A DNA stretch of 28,937 nt from a virus. Taxonomy: Duplodnaviria; Caudoviricetes. Where the stretch lies: the IMG/VR virus record IMGVR_UViG_3300042363_001610, positions 1-28,937 of that record, one strand, 5' to 3'. The position numbers and the translations under genes were made by a program. A model generated the notes under the pieces. That model was not told the DNA's origin, did no database searches, and saw only the letters and a program-made list of their open reading frames with translations. How positions within the stretch are numbered: the stretch's first letter is position 1; every line of letters starts with the position of its first letter. This document shows positions 25,164-28,937 of this stretch, piece after piece.

Positions 25164-26161
25164 TAGTAATTAACTGTTGATTTATATCCAGGAGCAATCA
25201 AATAGTAGTTTTGTGATCCCCCACTTACGGGTGAGTTTATTGTGATTGACGATACGCCAGGTATTGATAACCTCATATCTGTTGTGTTTGTCGTTAATGT
25301 TGTATATTGTGCGGTAGTAAAGAATCTTGCGGGAGTTGTGTTTATCCAACCATTTAAAAATCCAAATCTCCTAAGGTTAATATAATTTTCATCTGCAACA
25401 TTTATTCTACCATCATAGTTGACATCATATCTATGGTAGTGAATACTTTTAATTGATGTGATCCCTAAAACTAATTTTGAAACCTCAACCATATCGGTTA
25501 ATTGTAATGTGGTAATAGGTGTTGGTGCGTCGTATTGAATATACCATTCAACTGATGGGTTTGTTGGTTGTGAAAAATTATAATATCCCGATGCATTTGT
25601 ATAAACTGTCTGATGTAATACCCATGGCGTGAATGTGACTATGTATTCAAACTCTAACACATATGGTAGTGAAATTGCATTTGGTAAGTCATTCCATTTA
25701 CCACCTCCTACAAATTGAACATAGTCTTCGTTACCCGCATTATTTGGTTCACCAGGATTCCATGATGTATATGAATAAGTTTCATTTGTAACCCATCTCC
25801 ATTGACCTTCCACTACTTCATCAGTTAATCCAATCCAACCTGAAGGCCAAATCCCAAATATAAAAGAGTTTTCCGCCGCGGTTGTTACCGTAACCAAGTG
25901 TCCTCCCATATTCAAACAAGCTTGTCTGGCATCACTCCAAAACATGGATCCTGTGGATCTGTAGTAAGAATGTCCGTTGTAATTATTTTGAGATGTGAAC
26001 CCATTTATTACGGGCGTAGTTCTTTTGTATAATTTAACAGGTACATTAACAGCACCGGTACCATCGGCGTTTCTTATGTAACCTGAATAAGTAAAAGTTT
26101 GTGCGTTTAGTGAGAATACACAAAATAATACTATTGTCCAACTAATAATCTTGTTCCACAT
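25163..26161 (-). CDS. exported C-type lectin domain protein with a dockerin/EF-hand-like motif
   Basis: Start MWNKIISW (26161) gives a signal peptide; GHSYY, W..AR.AC..GGHLV, WIGL, GEPNN, WND; YDVNYDGRINVAD. Confidence 0.85.
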   Translation of the reverse strand: MWNKIISWTIVLFCVFSLNAQTFTYSGYIRNADGTGAVNVPVKLYKRTTPVINGFTSQNNYNGHSYYRSTGSMFWSDARQACLNMGGHLVTVTTAAENSFIFGIWPSGWIGLTDEVVEGQWRWVTNETYSYTSWNPGEPNNAGNEDYVQFVGGGKWNDLPNAISLPYVLEFEYIVTFTPWVLHQTVYTNASGYYNFSQPTNPSVEWYIQYDAPTPITTLQLTDMVEVSKLVLGITSIKSIHYHRYDVNYDGRINVADENYINLRRFGFLNGWINTTPARFFTTAQYTTLTTNTTDMRLSIPGVSSITINSPVSGGSQNYYLIAPGYKSTVNY

Positions 26162-27807
26162 GTTATTGTATAATTTAAAGTGTTTACCTTGATCGCCCAC
26201 GCCCCTCCTGCATTTATATTAAATTTAAATCTTTTTGTAATTGCGATGTTTGTACCTAAACTTGGTAGAACCACATATGGTGATTTTAATACCAAATCGT
26301 TATAGTAACTTACATATGGTGAATAGACAAATAAAGCCATAAGTTTAACATCTATTCTTTTACCAAACTTCAAGTCATACATTCCACCACCAATTAAAGC
26401 CGTTCCTAAAAATGATGTTTTATAAACTTGTCCGTATGATACTGTTCCCATATAAACAGCCTTAAGACTTGGGATCTTTGGGAACATAAACATCTGTCCT
26501 CCAGCTAAAGTGCCGTATACTGATCCCCTACCTTCAAACCCTACAGATAAAGTTCCCGATAGAAGTCCAACACTTTTTTTGTTAATCCATGCATGATATC
26601 CTGTTATGTTTGGCCCTTGTTGTGCTGACACATAATCAACCAAACCACCACGAGCAGTTTCACCATCCCAACGCATGTTATGATAACCTCCTGTTAATTT
26701 TAATCCTGTTCTAACTTCAGAGTTTTGAAAGTTGAAACCCACAAAGTCTCCTGATGCGATAACTGTGGGTTTTCCACCTTCCCTGTTCTGATTTATTGTT
26801 TTGGTTGCCCCTTGTGTAATGTTGGTTCCTCCACCTTGTTCTTCTGTTTGGGTTGTAGTTTCTTCTCCGTTGGGTGGGTTTCCACCATTATTCCCCACAC
26901 CAGAGTTCCCACCGTTGTTAGAACCATTACCATTAGGGTTAGTTGTAGAACCATTATTAGTTACTTCTTGGTTTGTTTGATTATTTCCTTCACCATTCCC
27001 ACTAGTCCCATTCCCACTAGACTCCCCAGTATTGCTACCGACAGTAGTATTGCTATTGTTTTCATTCGTATTAGTGTTTTGATTGTTTATAGGCGACACA
27101 GCCTGTGAATTTCCATTTTCATTTGATCCACTTTGAGTTGTAGAGCCTCCTGTTGATGTTGTACCTTGAGTTCCAACATTTGTATTAGGGGTTCCATTTC
27201 CTCCGTTGTTTGAACTTGTTTCATTTGTTCCAGAAGTGGTTTGACTTCCTTCAGTAGTGTTACTTGTTCCATTATTTTGGTTTTGATTGTTATTGGTTGT
27301 GGAGTTATTAGTATTTGTTGTTGTACCGTTATTATTATTTCCACTTCCATTTTGGGAACTATTCCCATTCTTCTTATTACCTTTGTTTCCGTTAGTGTTA
27401 GAAGAATTAGATGCTGCGGCTAAACTACCGCTAAGAAAATCTGTGGCTCCGTTTGATAGGTCCATTAAAGATGATAGTGAATTGATAATACCTATCGTAT
27501 TTAAAGCTACATCTTGAGCCATGTTTATCTGACCACCAAGTCCAACTATTTCTGAACAAGGAGATCCTTCATATTGCGAAAAAACTTGGTTAGTCCAAGT
27601 TTCAAAAGTTCCATCGGTAAATTCTTGTTGAGTAAAGTTCTCAACAAAACCATAATACCCCACCGTGACTGAACCATTGATGGGGATTATGATATTTTTT
27701 ACATTTCCTGTACAAGGATCGGTGTAAGAATAGTTATAAGTCTGTGCATTTAGATTTAAAAAACTAAATAAGACGAACAACAAAGATATGAAAATGTTTA
27801 CTCTCAC
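26131..27807 (-). CDS. exported protein: Cys-paired N-terminal domain, N/G/T/S/Q-rich stalk, C-terminal putative outer-membrane beta-barrel
   Basis: Signal peptide ending LNA-Q; about 200 aa of low complexity; last ~210 aa show alternating amphipathic Gly/aromatic strands ending YTITCGTRLL. Confidence 0.65.
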   Translation of the reverse strand: MRVNIFISLLFVLFSFLNLNAQTYNYSYTDPCTGNVKNIIIPINGSVTVGYYGFVENFTQQEFTDGTFETWTNQVFSQYEGSPCSEIVGLGGQINMAQDVALNTIGIINSLSSLMDLSNGATDFLSGSLAAASNSSNTNGNKGNKKNGNSSQNGSGNNNNGTTTNTNNSTTNNNQNQNNGTSNTTEGSQTTSGTNETSSNNGGNGTPNTNVGTQGTTSTGGSTTQSGSNENGNSQAVSPINNQNTNTNENNSNTTVGSNTGESSGNGTSGNGEGNNQTNQEVTNNGSTTNPNGNGSNNGGNSGVGNNGGNPPNGEETTTQTEEQGGGTNITQGATKTINQNREGGKPTVIASGDFVGFNFQNSEVRTGLKLTGGYHNMRWDGETARGGLVDYVSAQQGPNITGYHAWINKKSVGLLSGTLSVGFEGRGSVYGTLAGGQMFMFPKIPSLKAVYMGTVSYGQVYKTSFLGTALIGGGMYDLKFGKRIDVKLMALFVYSPYVSYYNDLVLKSPYVVLPSLGTNIAITKRFKFNINAGGAWAIKVNTLNYTITCGTRLLVGQ

Positions 27808-28544
27808 TTCGGAAATACACCTTTTGATATAAGTCTAGTTACAACTCTTGATGAAGCTGTCTCTAAAGCTTTTTTTGTAGATATACCTACAGTTGATTGA
27901 TTGAATTTAACATCATCTGAGATATCACCCAAGATTGATGTTGTTTTAATTGTTACCGCTTCTCCAAGTCCTGATCCTACAATCACTTGACTTGTTTCAG
28001 CATCTACAAATTTGATCTGAAGACCTAATCTTGTAGTTTGATTTACGGTTTGTTGTCCATTAACTTTTACAACTTCGTCTTCTGATACTGAGAAATCATA
28101 TACCTCAATATACACAAAGTACTTAGCCAACACAACATTACCTTTCACTTCGATTTTGTTTGAAGATACTCCCTTGTCTGATGCCTTGTCTTGAGCAATC
28201 ATTCTTTGTTTGATCTCTTCCTTTTCTTCGGTGAAAATAAATCTGTTGGTATATTCCAAATATTCAATTACGATATTTGTTACACCAAGACCTACTCTTT
28301 TATCTTTTAACTCAGGATATAATTCATAGAGTTCTTCGTTAATACCAATCTTTAATAATTGGATTGGAACTTGAATCGACCCATCGTAATCAGCAACCGA
28401 GTCTATTGATTGTTTCTTTTCAAAATCAGCAACATATTGTTCTGTCTTAACAGATCCAATACCCCCTCCTGTTTGAGGGGGCTGAGCTTGTACTGTTTTA
28501 CATCCAATCAAAAAGAATGGTAATATGTAAAGTAGATTTTTCAT
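27804..28544 (-). CDS. CsgG/HfaB-like lipoprotein (curli assembly/transport family)
   Basis: Lipobox-like FLIG-C; GLGVTNIVIEYL..TNRF...E, AKY.....VYDF, LQIKFVDAETSQVI, KALE.A follow the CsgG pattern. Confidence 0.72.
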   Translation of the reverse strand: MKNLLYILPFFLIGCKTVQAQPPQTGGGIGSVKTEQYVADFEKKQSIDSVADYDGSIQVPIQLLKIGINEELYELYPELKDKRVGLGVTNIVIEYLEYTNRFIFTEEKEEIKQRMIAQDKASDKGVSSNKIEVKGNVVLAKYFVYIEVYDFSVSEDEVVKVNGQQTVNQTTRLGLQIKFVDAETSQVIVGSGLGEAVTIKTTSILGDISDDVKFNQSTVGISTKKALETASSRVVTRLISKGVFPK

Positions 28545-28825
28545 TATCCTTCTACTTCTTCTTCGTTGTTATCTTTGTTTTTACCGGCAAAGTATTTGTC
28601 AACTGAAGCAATTCCAAATGAACCTAAAGTGATCCATAAGAAACCATCATATATGAATTGATTGATCGGCATTTTTTGTCCGTGAAATCCTGTCCAAATA
28701 TCAACACCAAGGCAGATAACCATCATTATAAATGAACCAAAACCAACTATTGATTTTTCGTTGATGTCGTTATGATCCATAAACATTCTTACTAAGAATG
28801 ATTTCTTTTTTGTTTTCTTTTCCAT
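28544..28825 (-). CDS. small two-TM membrane protein (holin-like topology)
   Basis: Two hydrophobic segments, basic N-terminus, acidic C-terminus; stop overlaps the start of the CsgG-like gene. Confidence 0.65.
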   Translation of the reverse strand: MEKKTKKKSFLVRMFMDHNDINEKSIVGFGSFIMMVICLGVDIWTGFHGQKMPINQFIYDGFLWITLGSFGIASVDKYFAGKNKDNNEEEVEG

Positions 28826-28852
28826 AATTTTAATTTTTATTTTTATTGTTTA

Positions 28853-28937
28853 TTACCAAGATTCTTCTTCAACCTTTTTTGGTTTTTCAGGTTGTGCGGC
28901 TGGTTGTTGTGCCGGTCTTTCAATAATTCTTTCACGA
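28853..28937 (-). CDS. 3' end of an upstream gene (partial)
   Basis: Manual translation ...RERIIERPAQQPAAQPEKPKKVEEESW*. Confidence 0.6.
   Translation of the reverse strand, partial: RERIIERPAQQPAAQPEKPKKVEEESW

Noticed and set aside
25163-26161. C-type lectin as a diversity-generating retroelement target
   Set aside because: No reverse transcriptase or template repeat in the window; the lectin is the canonical EPN/WND type and internal, not a C-terminal variable region.
26820-27410. Curlin (CsgA/CsgB) gene
   Set aside because: Composition is similar but the regular ~22-aa QxGxxN curlin periodicity is absent.
1456-27517. Other short ORFs nested in or antisense to longer genes (e.g. 1456-1719, 2484-2687, 4947-5225, 7853-8423, 17459-17791, 18762-19070, 20138-20427, 26812-27517)
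   Set aside because: They largely overlap well-supported genes and have shadow-like composition with no motifs.
28544-28825. Definite holin of a lysis cassette
   Set aside because: Topology fits, but there is no adjacent endolysin and it is coupled to the CsgG-like operon.
1-28937. Stop-codon reassignment as in some large Bacteroidota phages
   Set aside because: Genes tile the window under code 11, and both TAG (e.g. 10503, 21227) and TGA (e.g. 6828) end full-length genes.

Overview
AT-rich, very gene-dense 28.9 kb segment, almost all genes on the minus strand, standard genetic code, no RNA genes, CRISPR or transposases. It is most consistent with a large (jumbo-type) phage of a Bacteroidota host. 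This is inferred from TAnnTTTG host-type promoters, a second TATTTAT motif before virion-type genes, and the gene mix (GH24 lysozyme, LamG protein, Dps-like protein, GIY-YIG nuclease); no capsid, terminase or polymerase gene is in the window. Main modules: (1) a translationally coupled, all-exported operon with a CsgG-like lipoprotein, a second degenerate CsgG paralog, a stalked beta-barrel protein, a C-type lectin/dockerin protein, a secreted nuclease and a HEXXH peptidase; (2) a mucin-like Thr/Pro protein flanked by paralogous GT2s, a rhamnosyltransferase-like domain and RgpF, with rmlC nearby; (3) a GT2 + PlcP/LpxH2-like pair, a stand-alone T9SS-CTD-like protein and YceI; (4) TATTTAT-preceded proteins sharing N-terminal (I/L)xE leaders, including two nucleases, a lysozyme and a DHH/PG-binding/SGNH fusion; (5) a compact UvrC. 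All family calls come from motif recognition by eye, not database searches.
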